Below are positions 1-8,494 of a stretch of DNA of 51,200 nt, piece after piece. The stretch lies in IMG/VR virus record IMGVR_UViG_3300032278_004255, positions 1 to 51,200 of that record, one strand, 5' to 3'. The notes below the pieces were generated by a model. The model was not told the origin of the DNA. It did no database searches and saw only the letters and a program-made list of their open reading frames with translations. Position 1 is the first letter of the stretch, and each line of letters starts with the position of its first letter. Position numbers and translations under genes: made by a program. This DNA comes from a virus (lineage: Duplodnaviria; Caudoviricetes).

Positions 1-205
1 TCAGCGCTCTTCTGGAGGCGTCATTGAGCTGACTGGCCTGATCCCGCACGGTCCGGGGTGAGGGCGAGACTTCAGGACCGTTGGCGTCACGTGTAGCCCG
101 CTCTCGGGCGCCTCGTGATGCGACAATAAAACGAGAGCTACACACGTAGAAGCCAGAGTAGCGGAACGCTTTCGGACGCGGGTTCGACTCCCGCCGCCTC
201 CACTA
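1..205 (+). ncRNA. ssrA: tmRNA, 3' portion (5' part and tag ORF outside window); prophage integration target
   Basis: Typical tmRNA 3' end: CTACACACGTAGAAG...TTTCGGACGCGGGTTCGACTCCCGCCGCCTCCA(CTA), i.e. T-arm GGTTCGACTCC plus Ala-type acceptor strand. Confidence 0.9.
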
Positions 206-1470
206 GAAATACAGGGGTCAATCGCACCCTCGCCACCATTCCCGCCACCATGGGCGGAGGGCGGCGGGGGCTGCGGTTGGCCGCTAGTCGCTTCACGCAC
301 CGCCTCGAGCTCGACCACCGGCGCGCGCTCGAGGCCGAGCCGGAGAGACCCGACCGCCTCCGAGAGCGCGGTCCACTCCCAGTCGGTGTACCCGTCGACG
401 ACGTCCCCGCGCGCGTTGTGCGTGACGCGCTCGAGCACGTCCTTCCGCGCGCCGTCCGAGCGCGCGAGCGAGATGAACGTGTGCCGGAAGGCGTGGCACG
501 CGCGCCCCTTCTTGGCGCCTGGCTCGCGGTGCGGGATCCCGACTCGCTGGAGATCGCGGTAGAGCGCCTTCACCGCCTGGTTCTGGGTCCGCGGCTGCCC
601 GGTCCGGGGGTCGGGGCAGAGCCAGTCGTCCGGGCTCGGATGTCGGCCGTAGAGCTCGGCGAAGCCCTCGCGTCGCCAGCGCTCGAGGATGTCGGCGAGC
701 GCGGGATGCACCGGGACGAGACGCTCCCGCGTGTCCTCGCCGTCGTCGGCCGTCTTGAGCGGCTGGTCGTCGTACTGGCTGTGGACGAGCAGCGCGCCCA
801 GCCCGGACGTGTCCGTGTCGTAGTCCCGCCAGCGCCGTCCGGACGCTTCGCCCAGACGGAGCCCGCCGAGCCCCATGAGCGCGTAGAACACGCGCCGCCA
901 GTCTGGGATCGCCGGGTCGGTGAGCAACTGCCAGAGCTCCTCACGGCTGAACCGCGGCTTCCGCTTCTTCGCCACCCGCGGCAGCCTCCCCCGCGGGAGG
1001 CTCGCCGGGTTCGTGACGATCACCTCCTCGAATCGGGCGAGCTCGAGCATCGAGCGGAGCACGCCGTGCACGTTGCGGATCGTCTTCGCCGCCAGCTCCC
1101 CCCGGAGGTCCCGGACCATCCCGTCGACCATCTTCGGCGTGAGGTCCTCGACGCGGACGCGGCCGAGCCGGGGACGGATGTGGTTGTCGTAGCAGGCCCT
1201 CGCGTCGTCGAGCGAGCGCATCCCCTCGCGCTCCTTCTCGGCGGTCCAGTAGTCCGCGAGCTCGTCCATGAGCATCCGGGCGTGGGGCCCGCCGTGCACG
1301 TAGGTACCGGCCTTCACCTCGGCGAGCCGCTTCTCGCGGAGGCGCTGCGCGGCGCGCATCGTCGTGCCCGCCGGCTCGTACCGGCGGACCCCGTGCTGGT
1401 CGTAGAAGTTGATCTCGAAGACGGTCTTCCCGCCGATCGAGCGCTTCCGGATGCCGGTCGCCTTCGCCAT
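1..1470 (-). CDS. int: Tyrosine integrase (489 aa; C-terminus reads through attL into antisense tmRNA)
   Basis: Catalytic motifs GLRLGEA, PLKT, HAFRH, THNARGDVVDGY; start MAKATG coupled to xis stop (TGATG). Confidence 0.93.
   Translation of the reverse strand: MAKATGIRKRSIGGKTVFEINFYDQHGVRRYEPAGTTMRAAQRLREKRLAEVKAGTYVHGGPHARMLMDELADYWTAEKEREGMRSLDDARACYDNHIRPRLGRVRVEDLTPKMVDGMVRDLRGELAAKTIRNVHGVLRSMLELARFEEVIVTNPASLPRGRLPRVAKKRKPRFSREELWQLLTDPAIPDWRRVFYALMGLGGLRLGEASGRRWRDYDTDTSGLGALLVHSQYDDQPLKTADDGEDTRERLVPVHPALADILERWRREGFAELYGRHPSPDDWLCPDPRTGQPRTQNQAVKALYRDLQRVGIPHREPGAKKGRACHAFRHTFISLARSDGARKDVLERVTHNARGDVVDGYTDWEWTALSEAVGSLRLGLERAPVVELEAVREATSGQPQPPPPSAHGGGNGGEGAIDPCISSGGGGSRTRVRKRSATLASTCVALVLLSHHEAPESGLHVTPTVLKSRPHPGPCGIRPVSSMTPPEER
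180..203 (+). other. Probable attL core (tmRNA T-arm/acceptor)
   Basis: GGGTTCGACTCCCGCCGCCTCCAC at the host/phage junction; tyrosine integrases commonly recombine here; exact limits unknown without attR. Confidence 0.6.
231..251 (+). repeat. Tandem CGCCACCAT x2 (231-239, 243-251), candidate integrase arm-type sites
   Basis: 9-bp direct repeat with 12-bp period about 30 bp from the att core, inside int. Confidence 0.45.
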
Positions 1471-1745
1471 CAGCCTACCTTCCCCCACGCCATGATCTCG
1501 GCCTCGAGGAAGCGGACCTCTTTCCCGCCGAGCTTCCGGTGGGGGAGGCCCTCACGTCGGGCCCACTTCAGCACGGTCTCTTTGCTCACGCCGAGACGTT
1601 GCCCCGCCTCCTCGGCGGTGAGCAACCGGAGCTCGGGGCGCTCGCGCTCCTCGAGGGCCTTCCGCACGGCGCCGTCGATCAGCTCGCGCAGCGTCGTCAC
1701 GTCGGTGATCACGACGCCGTTGTGCAGATGCTCGAGGTCAGCCAT
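1470..1745 (-). CDS. xis: Excisionase-like HTH protein
   Basis: LLTAEEAGQRLGVSKETVLKWARREGLPHRKLGGKEVRF, HTH_17/MerR-like, directly upstream of int. Confidence 0.85.
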   Translation of the reverse strand: MADLEHLHNGVVITDVTTLRELIDGAVRKALEERERPELRLLTAEEAGQRLGVSKETVLKWARREGLPHRKLGGKEVRFLEAEIMAWGKVG

Positions 1746-2748
1746 GGGCCACCTCACCTCCCTCGGGGATCAGCGGGTACTGGATGCCGCGGCATCGCTC
1801 CTCGATCAGCGGCACATAGTCGGGGTTGAGCTCGATCCCGACTCCTCGCCGGCCGAGTCGCAGCGCCTCCTCCAGCGTCGTCCCGCTGCCGGCGAAGGGG
1901 TCGAGCACGACGCCGTCGGGCGGAGCTCCGGCGAGGATGCAACGCGACGCGAGCGCGCGCGGGAACGTGGCGAAGTGCGCCTCGGTGTAGGGCTCCTGGG
2001 CGATCGTCCAGACCGTGCGCGCGTTGGCGCCGACCGGCCGGCCGTCGTCGTCCACGCGCGGTCGCCGCTCCGGGATGTCCTGGGCGAGGTTGTGGGAGGC
2101 GACCTTGCCGAGGCCGTCCGTTCCCTTGCTGCGCCGCCGCGTGCCGTAGGCGGTCAGCGTCTTCGGCTTGAGCGGAGTCCGAATCGCCTCGGCGTCGTAG
2201 TAGTAGCGGCTGCTCTTCGTCAGGAGAAAGACGTACTCGTGATTCCGGGCGGGGCGGTCGCGGACGGACTCCGGCATCGCGTTCGGCTTCCGCCAGATCA
2301 CGTCGGAGCGGAGCCACCACCCGTCGGCCTGCAGCGCCAGGGCCACGCGCCACGGGACTCCGACGAGGTCTTTCGGCTTGAGCCCCGGCGCGGTCCGATG
2401 CCGTCGCCTGCCGCTCGCTATCGCCGCCTCAGCCGCCACGCGGTGGTTGCGCGAGCTCACCACCGACGAGGTTCCGATGCCGCCGCTCCTCCCGCCCATG
2501 TAGGTGTCGCCGAGGTTCATCCAGAGCGTGCCGTCGGGTCGGAGCACTCGCCGGATGTCGGCGAAGACCGCGACGAGCTCGTCGACGAACGCGTCGGGCG
2601 TCGCCTCGAGGCCGATCTGTCCGGCGACCCCGTAGTCGCGCAGGTTCCAGTACGGCGGGCTGGTCACGACCGTCTGCACGGACTCGTCCTCGAGGTCGGC
2701 CAGGCGCTCGCGCACGTCGCCGACGAGGATGCGGAGGCGCTCCGACAT
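1738..2748 (-). CDS. Beta-class N4-cytosine/N6-adenine DNA methyltransferase
   Basis: Motif IV VTSPPYW precedes motif I VLDPFAGSGTT; HFATFP; start MSERLRILVGD. Confidence 0.92.
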   Translation of the reverse strand: MSERLRILVGDVRERLADLEDESVQTVVTSPPYWNLRDYGVAGQIGLEATPDAFVDELVAVFADIRRVLRPDGTLWMNLGDTYMGGRSGGIGTSSVVSSRNHRVAAEAAIASGRRRHRTAPGLKPKDLVGVPWRVALALQADGWWLRSDVIWRKPNAMPESVRDRPARNHEYVFLLTKSSRYYYDAEAIRTPLKPKTLTAYGTRRRSKGTDGLGKVASHNLAQDIPERRPRVDDDGRPVGANARTVWTIAQEPYTEAHFATFPRALASRCILAGAPPDGVVLDPFAGSGTTLEEALRLGRRGVGIELNPDYVPLIEERCRGIQYPLIPEGGEVAHG

Positions 2749-3458
2749 CACCCCGCCTCGGCCTGGATGCGCTGCATCGTCTCGAGCCAGGTCGTGACGA
2801 CGCTGCTCGCCGCCACCTCGACGCCGTTGGCGTAGAGCACCACCCGCAGCGCTGACATGCTGCTGGTCTCCGGCGCCCGAGGCTTGGTCGGCGCCGCCCG
2901 CGACGGCTTCGCCTTCCGCGCGCGCTTCCGCGCTCCGCCGACGTTCTTCGGCGTGCTCACCGCCTTCTCGGGGCTCATGCGCTTCAGCCGGTAGTAGAGG
3001 GTCGACTCGGTGAGCCCGAGCGCTTTCGCTTCGGGCAGCTCGAGCAGCTCCGCGGCGGTGAGCTCGCGGCCCTTGTACGGGTAGGTCCTTCTCGTCTTCG
3101 GCATCCTCGCCTCCTCGCGCCGATCGGCGCTCTCGTCGGTCTCCGGGGAGGGGCCCGCCTCGGGCTCCTGGTGCTGCTCGGCGGGCTGGTCGGTGGGCTG
3201 CTCCGCACCGCCGAGCAGCATCGAACCGCCGGGGGCGAACCCGCCGGCGAGCTCCACGAGCTCGACGTCCGGCGTCTCCCCGCGGGCGTGAGCCGCGCCG
3301 ATCGGGCAGTCGGTGCAGCCGGCGGCGGCGAGGTGCCTCTGGCCCTTCGCGCCCCGGCCGCCGGCCTCCTTCCGCGCGCGCCGGAAGCGCTGGGTGCAGC
3401 TCGTCCTCGTGAGCTTCGTCGCCAGCCGCTCGCACCGGAACAGCTCGAGTTCAGCCAT
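2748..3458 (-). CDS. Hypothetical protein, N-terminal Cys cluster and C-terminal HTH-like domain
   Basis: C-x11-C...CTDC; C-terminal YKGRELTAAELLELPEAKALGLTESTLYYRLKRMSPEKAV. Confidence 0.7.
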   Translation of the reverse strand: MAELELFRCERLATKLTRTSCTQRFRRARKEAGGRGAKGQRHLAAAGCTDCPIGAAHARGETPDVELVELAGGFAPGGSMLLGGAEQPTDQPAEQHQEPEAGPSPETDESADRREEARMPKTRRTYPYKGRELTAAELLELPEAKALGLTESTLYYRLKRMSPEKAVSTPKNVGGARKRARKAKPSRAAPTKPRAPETSSMSALRVVLYANGVEVAASSVVTTWLETMQRIQAEAG

Positions 3459-4056
3459 GGTGCGCTCCCCCGTCGTCGCCCCAGGTGCACGCCGCGCGGA
3501 TCACTTCCGCCTCAAACCGGCGCCACGCCGGGAGGTCCTCACGCACGACCCAGGCGGTCGAGCCGTCGGCGAGCCATCGCACCGGCCAGTGACATCCCGG
3601 GGCGCTCAGGTCGACCGTCACGCCGTCGACGTGGGCGATGACCCTGCGCACGGTCGCGCCCGGCCAGCGGCGCTCGGCCTCGACGCGGGCCTGCAGCCTG
3701 GCCTCGGCGCGTCGCGCGCGGTCGGCCTTGCGGGCCGCCACGATGTCCGCGGCGTCGGGCGCGCACTCCGAGCACCAGACCCGATCGGCGTCGTCGACGT
3801 CGCCGCCGTCGCAGAGGTCGGCCTCGTCGACCTGCGCGCTGCACCCGTCGCAGGAGAGCCACCAGCCGTGCTCGAGGATGAGCGCGCGATTCGTCCAGCC
3901 GGCGTCGAACTCGGGCGCGCGCCGAACGTCGAGGCCTTCCCCCTCGGGCTCACCGTCGAGCTCCAGCCCGCCGGCTCGGCGCGCCTCCGCCTCGGACGCC
4001 GCGCGCACGATGCACGAGAACTCGTCTGCGCTCACCACCCATGCAGGCTCACCCAC
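3451..4056 (-). CDS. Hypothetical Zn-binding phage protein
   Basis: CDGC and CSEC pairs; coupled to neighbours. Confidence 0.7.
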   Translation of the reverse strand: MGEPAWVVSADEFSCIVRAASEAEARRAGGLELDGEPEGEGLDVRRAPEFDAGWTNRALILEHGWWLSCDGCSAQVDEADLCDGGDVDDADRVWCSECAPDAADIVAARKADRARRAEARLQARVEAERRWPGATVRRVIAHVDGVTVDLSAPGCHWPVRWLADGSTAWVVREDLPAWRRFEAEVIRAACTWGDDGGAHHG

Positions 4057-4204
4057 GGCGCCCTCCTCTCGGCTGCTCGCTCGCCGCCAGGTGCCGCGCC
4101 GCGTCTCGCAGGATCGCCAGCCGCGTACGGCAGTCGCCGTCGCGCCACGCCGCGCGGGCGTGCAGGCCGAGGCGAAGCGCCTTCCCGATGAACGCGCGGA
4201 TCAC
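4049..4204 (-). CDS. Small hypothetical protein (51 aa)
   Basis: GTGA overlap start, fills operon gap. Confidence 0.45.
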   Translation of the reverse strand: MIRAFIGKALRLGLHARAAWRDGDCRTRLAILRDAARHLAASEQPRGGRRG

Positions 4205-4455
4205 GCCGGCCTCCGGTAGTAGCGCCGCGCGAGCTGCGAGCCGCGATGCTCGCTCGGCGGGACGAGGCGCGACGCGAGCTCGCCGTCGACCTCCATGCGG
4301 CGGAGCACGTGACCGACGAAGGTCACCGCCCCGTGACGGCGCGGGTAGGGGGACTCCGGCCACGCGTCGACGACGTCGCCGGACCAGACCTCGGCGTCCT
4401 CCTCGAGGAGCTTGAGCGCGATGCGCCGCACGTCCTGGCGGTGGTCTTCACGCAT
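4201..4455 (-). CDS. Small winged-helix-like protein
   Basis: MREDHRQDVRRIALKLL...VLRRMEVDGELASR...ARRYYR, PadR-like wing. Confidence 0.6.
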   Translation of the reverse strand: MREDHRQDVRRIALKLLEEDAEVWSGDVVDAWPESPYPRRHGAVTFVGHVLRRMEVDGELASRLVPPSEHRGSQLARRYYRRPA

Positions 4456-4810
4456 GGTCCGCCTCGTCGGTCTCGCGGCGGAGCCGCTCGAGCACGCCAT
4501 CCGCGGCCTCGGCTCGGCGTCGCAGGCAGTCGTCGTCCTCGTCGCGGTCCTCTCTCTCTTCGTGGTCGAAGGCCCAGCGGTCGACCTCACGCTCGGCCCG
4601 GGTGAGCGCGCTTCCGACGCGGGCGCCGAGGGCGCCGACCTTGTCGGCCACCTCGTATCCCCAGGTGACGGCGTCCGCGCGCGGTGGCTCGTCCGGTCCC
4701 CCGCGCAGCTCGGCCGCGAGGGCGCGCAGCTGGTCGGGCAACGTGTCGGCGAGCGCCTCCAGCGCGGCAGCCGTCGAGCCGAGGCCCGTCCGGTCGTCAG
4801 CGCGGCCCAT
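4448..4810 (-). CDS. Hypothetical helical protein
   Basis: Start MGRADD, overlaps both neighbours. Confidence 0.6.
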   Translation of the reverse strand: MGRADDRTGLGSTAAALEALADTLPDQLRALAAELRGGPDEPPRADAVTWGYEVADKVGALGARVGSALTRAEREVDRWAFDHEEREDRDEDDDCLRRRAEAADGVLERLRRETDEADHA

Positions 4811-5402
4811 GCGCCACCTCGCCCTTGAGTGCCTCGAAGAGCAGCGGGAGGAGCGCGTCTTTGACCACGCCGAAGCTGTGCGGCTTGCGGTAGACCGCGC
4901 TCTCCCAGTAGTCGTCGGCGATGACCCGGTGCAGGTCCTCGTCGGCGAGAGCCTCCTGGAGGAGGAGGTCGGCCGGCGCCGATGAGTCGAGCTCGTCGAG
5001 GGCTCTCCACGCGGCGCGCGCCTCGTCGCGGGTGAGACCACCGCTCCGGCGGCCCTCGAGCACCTCCGCGCGCCAGTCCTTCACGGTCGCCGGCCCGTCG
5101 AACTCCTCCGGCACGCCAACGAAGAGCTTGCGGGCGACGTAGTCCGCGCCGAACCCCCCGAGGAGCGCGTCCGAGAGGTTCTGCGACTCGCAGAGCCAGG
5201 GACCGCGCCCCCACCGGTGCGACCACGTCCCCCAGTCCGAGACGAGCGCGAGGGTGCCGTGGGTGTCGTCCACGTAGAACGCCGCCCAGCCGCGGCCGGC
5301 GCCCGGCACCTCGATGCCGTCGAAGCGGTAGGCCCGGAGCGAGTCGGCCCGGGCGGCCCGAAGGTCGGCGCGCTCGGGCGCTTCGGCACGGACTTCACGC
5401 AT
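4797..5402 (-). CDS. Hypothetical phage protein
   Basis: Globular-looking ORF (GTLALVSDWGTWSHRW), coupled. Confidence 0.7.
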   Translation of the reverse strand: MREVRAEAPERADLRAARADSLRAYRFDGIEVPGAGRGWAAFYVDDTHGTLALVSDWGTWSHRWGRGPWLCESQNLSDALLGGFGADYVARKLFVGVPEEFDGPATVKDWRAEVLEGRRSGGLTRDEARAAWRALDELDSSAPADLLLQEALADEDLHRVIADDYWESAVYRKPHSFGVVKDALLPLLFEALKGEVAHGPR

Positions 5403-5832
5403 CCGACGGCTCCGCGCTCGACGCGATCGGCGCGGCGATCGAGACGCGCGCCCCCGCAGACTGAGGCACCCACTTCGCCAGGGCCTCGATGCCGGTGTCG
5501 GTGAAGCAGGCTGACCAGCCGTCCCCCTCCCCGACGAACTTCGCGAACCCGCGCGCGACGAGGTCTCGGAAGTCGGGGACGAGGAACGGGTTGGTGAGCC
5601 AGCCCATCGAGTCGGCGTGGTTCTCGAGGACCGCCTGGAGCTCCGCGGAGTCGACCCGGGCCCAGAAGTCGCCCTTGTCCCGGAGCGCGAGCAGCATCCA
5701 GCCGGCGGCCGCCTCGACCTCGGCCCGCCCCATCGTCCCGATGAGCGGAACGTGGGGCATCAGGACCACGTCCGAAGGCCTGAACGGCGGGGCCTCCGTG
5801 ACACCTTCCCGCGCACCATCTTCATTCGCCAT
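5395..5832 (-). CDS. Hypothetical protein
   Basis: Start MANEDG after GAGGAGGGG RBS; its 3' end carries one copy of the 48-bp inverted repeat. Confidence 0.7.
   Translation of the reverse strand: MANEDGAREGVTEAPPFRPSDVVLMPHVPLIGTMGRAEVEAAAGWMLLALRDKGDFWARVDSAELQAVLENHADSMGWLTNPFLVPDFRDLVARGFAKFVGEGDGWSACFTDTGIEALAKWVPQSAGARVSIAAPIASSAEPSDA
5413..5460. repeat. 48-bp inverted repeat, left copy
   Basis: Reverse complement matches 14910-14957 at 45/48, with 27 bp perfect. Confidence 0.9.
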
Positions 5833-6114
5833 GAACCCCTCCTCGGCGCCCTCGCTCGGCGCCAGTGATACGAGCGGCCGAAATCGGCTGATTCGCACGC
5901 AAATCGGGTGCGGCGTTGCATCTCGTCGTGTTGTCCGAGCGGAGCAGGGTCGAAACCCCGGAAACAGGCCCAGAAGACACGCGGGGCCGCGGATTTGAAA
6001 TCCCGCGACGTCTACACTCCATATCACGAAACGTTGTCCCCAAACTCATTCCTGATCCGAGCGCCAATTTCGGCCGATCACTCGCGCCGGATTCCGTCAA
6101 CTTCGCTGATCCGG

Positions 6115-6609
6115 TCACGCCGACGCCTCCTCGGCGCAGACGGCCAGCGGCGCGACGACCATCAGCCACCCGTCGCCACGCGCGACGAGGACCCGGAGCG
6201 GGTCCATCCCGGCGTCCATCGCCCCAGCCGCGACGCTCCGATCGCCCGAGAGCTGTCCGACGACACCGATGTGCGCGGCGAGCCTGGCGTCGACCAGGAC
6301 GCCGGCCAGGGTCAGCCGTCCGTCCCTCCCCGGGCGCTCCGCCGCCTTCCGGATCAGCGCCCTCGAGCGGAGCCGTCGAGGCAGCTCCGCGGCCGCGGCG
6401 CGCTCGAGGAAGGGCGGGAGGTTCGCCGGGACGTCGGAGAGGTGGTCGTGCTGTTGCGCGCTCGCGAGGACCGGGGCCACGAACGCCTGATCGGCGGCCG
6501 CGCGCATTGCCCACTCGCGAGCGCGCCCCCAGAGGTAGACCGTCTCGCCTTCGACTCCGATCGCGAACGGCACCGCGACCTCGAGGCCCTTGAGGCTGCC
6601 GTTCGTCAT
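6115..6609 (-). CDS. Hypothetical protein
   Basis: ATGA-coupled to upstream gene. Confidence 0.6.
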   Translation of the reverse strand: MTNGSLKGLEVAVPFAIGVEGETVYLWGRAREWAMRAAADQAFVAPVLASAQQHDHLSDVPANLPPFLERAAAAELPRRLRSRALIRKAAERPGRDGRLTLAGVLVDARLAAHIGVVGQLSGDRSVAAGAMDAGMDPLRVLVARGDGWLMVVAPLAVCAEEASA

Positions 6610-7229
6610 CCGCCGCTCCCCCGCCGACGAAGCGGCCGAGGCGGCGTCCGCACCGCGCGCGAGACCTCCCAGCCGTACTTCACGAGCCGGACGTAGATGG
6701 TGCTCGCCGCCGCGCGCGCCTCGGGGAGCCGAGCGAGCTGGCCGATCGAGTAGAGCTCGTCGTCCTCCCAGCGCCAGACGAGCGCACTCTGACGGCCGCG
6801 CGCGCCGCGGCCGATGCTGGCGCGCGCCGGGAGCGCCGAGGCCTCGCCAGGCTCGCGTCGCTGGGTGACGCGCTCACCGCGCGGAGCGTGGTCGGGCCGC
6901 ATGGGGCCACGCCCAGCGAGCCAGGCACCCACGAGCTCGGGCGCTTCACCCTCGGCGTGGCCGAAGCGCCCGGCGAGCGCGTCGAGCGCGTCCTCGCCGA
7001 CCGCGACCCGCAGTCGACGGGCGAAGGTCCGGAGCGCGTCGGTTTCGATCTGCCGGATCCTCTCACGCGTCACGCCGAACGCGGCCGCGACGTCCTCGAG
7101 GGCCGCCCCGTCCGGCCAGTTCGATCGGAGCATCTGACAGCGAGCGTCCTCGGCGTACGGGGTCTCGAAGTCGAGGAACGGCTCGTCGGCCTGCTCGTCG
7201 TGCGCGAGCGCTTCGGTTCGGGAGCTCAT
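6606..7229 (-). CDS. Sigma70 region-4 HTH domain protein with a second C-terminal HTH-like domain
   Basis: LEDVAAAFGVTRERIRQIETDAL matches RpoD region 4.2; no region 2; start MSSRTE overlaps recombinase stop. Confidence 0.8.
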   Translation of the reverse strand: MSSRTEALAHDEQADEPFLDFETPYAEDARCQMLRSNWPDGAALEDVAAAFGVTRERIRQIETDALRTFARRLRVAVGEDALDALAGRFGHAEGEAPELVGAWLAGRGPMRPDHAPRGERVTQRREPGEASALPARASIGRGARGRQSALVWRWEDDELYSIGQLARLPEARAAASTIYVRLVKYGWEVSRAVRTPPRPLRRRGSGG

Positions 7230-8494
7230 GAGGTCACCTCCGACAGCTCGGGGATGGCGCGGTCCATGTCGGCCAGGTCGCCGAGGCCGAGCTCGGCGAC
7301 GAGCCTGGCGGCGCGCCGGTAGCGGTTGATCATCGCGCTCGAGCGGTGGCCGGTGCGGTCGGCGACCCAGGTCTCGGTCTTCTCGTTCGCGAGCGCGATC
7401 GTGATGAAGGTCGCGCGGAGGTCGTGGAGCCGGATCGGCTGCCGCGTCGCGCTCCGCTCGTAGAGCTCGGGCCGATCGATCCCGGCGCTCCGGAGCTGCT
7501 CGCGAAACCGCGGCGTTGCACGGCCGTCGCCGCGGGTGATCAGCGGCTCGCCCGCCTCGTCGACGAAGACGCGGCCGTCGCCACCGCGGCGCGCGCGCCA
7601 GGCCCGGAGCGCGCGGGCGCAGTCCGGGCGCAGCGCCCAGGCCCGCGGTTCCCGGGTCTTGTTCTCGACCAGGGCGACCGCGCCGCGCTCGAGGTCCACG
7701 TCCGCCCAGGCCAGGTCGGAGGCCTCGCTCCGCCGCATCCCCTCCCGCGACATGAAGCCGTACAGCAGTCGGAAGTGCAGCGGGATCGAGCGGCAGCCGA
7801 GGAGCGCGCGGTCCTCGTCGGGGTAGAGGAACGTGTAGGCCTTCTCGTCGGTCAGCTTCGGCAGGAACCCCTTGGGCAGCGGGTTCGCCGTGATCACGCG
7901 CGCGGGGAAGTGCGCGAGCGTCAACACGCGCGCCATCACCTGCGCGACGTGTCGGCGCGACGCGGGCGCGAGGTGGGCGGGGAGGCGCTCCATGACGGTG
8001 AGCGCGTGGTCGAGCGTGATCTCCTCGAGAGGGATCGTCCCGATGATCGGGTAGACGTGATTCTCGAGGCGCCGCGCGTCCTGCGTCGCGGTCTTCTTCT
8101 TCTTGATGTGGTCCGGGTACCGGCTCCGCAGCTCGCCGCTCGTCCACGCGTAGCCGAACTCGGCGAAGGTCATCGACGCGACGGGCGGCGGCGCCGCCTC
8201 GCCGGTGCTGAGACGGCGGATCGCCTCGAGCGGGCGCTCGTGCCGGTCATCGCTCCCGCCGAGCAGCTGGAGCAGCGTCCTCGCGAGCTCCGCGCCGACG
8301 GGCTTCTCGGCGTCGCGGAGGAGGCAGGCCTGCTCGGCGAGCAGGCGCGCCCGGGAGCGGGCCTTCTCCTCGTCCTCGACCTCCCGCGGGCAGGTGGTGA
8401 GCTGGACCGTGCACCGCGAGCTCCCGCGGAGGGTCACGATCGCGCGCCAGCATCCGCCGTAGTAGCGGATCGATCCCGTCGCTTGCCGGCTCAC
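7226..8494 (-). CDS. Second tyrosine recombinase/integrase (422 aa)
   Basis: REGMRRSEA, ENKT, HDLRATF, TGHRSSAMINRY: complete R-K-H-R-H-Y set. Confidence 0.92.
   Translation of the reverse strand: MSRQATGSIRYYGGCWRAIVTLRGSSRCTVQLTTCPREVEDEEKARSRARLLAEQACLLRDAEKPVGAELARTLLQLLGGSDDRHERPLEAIRRLSTGEAAPPPVASMTFAEFGYAWTSGELRSRYPDHIKKKKTATQDARRLENHVYPIIGTIPLEEITLDHALTVMERLPAHLAPASRRHVAQVMARVLTLAHFPARVITANPLPKGFLPKLTDEKAYTFLYPDEDRALLGCRSIPLHFRLLYGFMSREGMRRSEASDLAWADVDLERGAVALVENKTREPRAWALRPDCARALRAWRARRGGDGRVFVDEAGEPLITRGDGRATPRFREQLRSAGIDRPELYERSATRQPIRLHDLRATFITIALANEKTETWVADRTGHRSSAMINRYRRAARLVAELGLGDLADMDRAIPELSEVTS

Noticed and set aside
250-2835. 861-aa plus-strand ORF and other long antisense ORFs (26977-28704, 33533-36445)
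   Set aside because: Shadow frames of real genes in high-GC DNA; no motifs, biased composition
5929-6022. Functional tRNA (Sec/opal suppressor)
   Set aside because: No 5' acceptor strand, bulged anticodon stem, non-canonical T-loop; kept only as a possible relic
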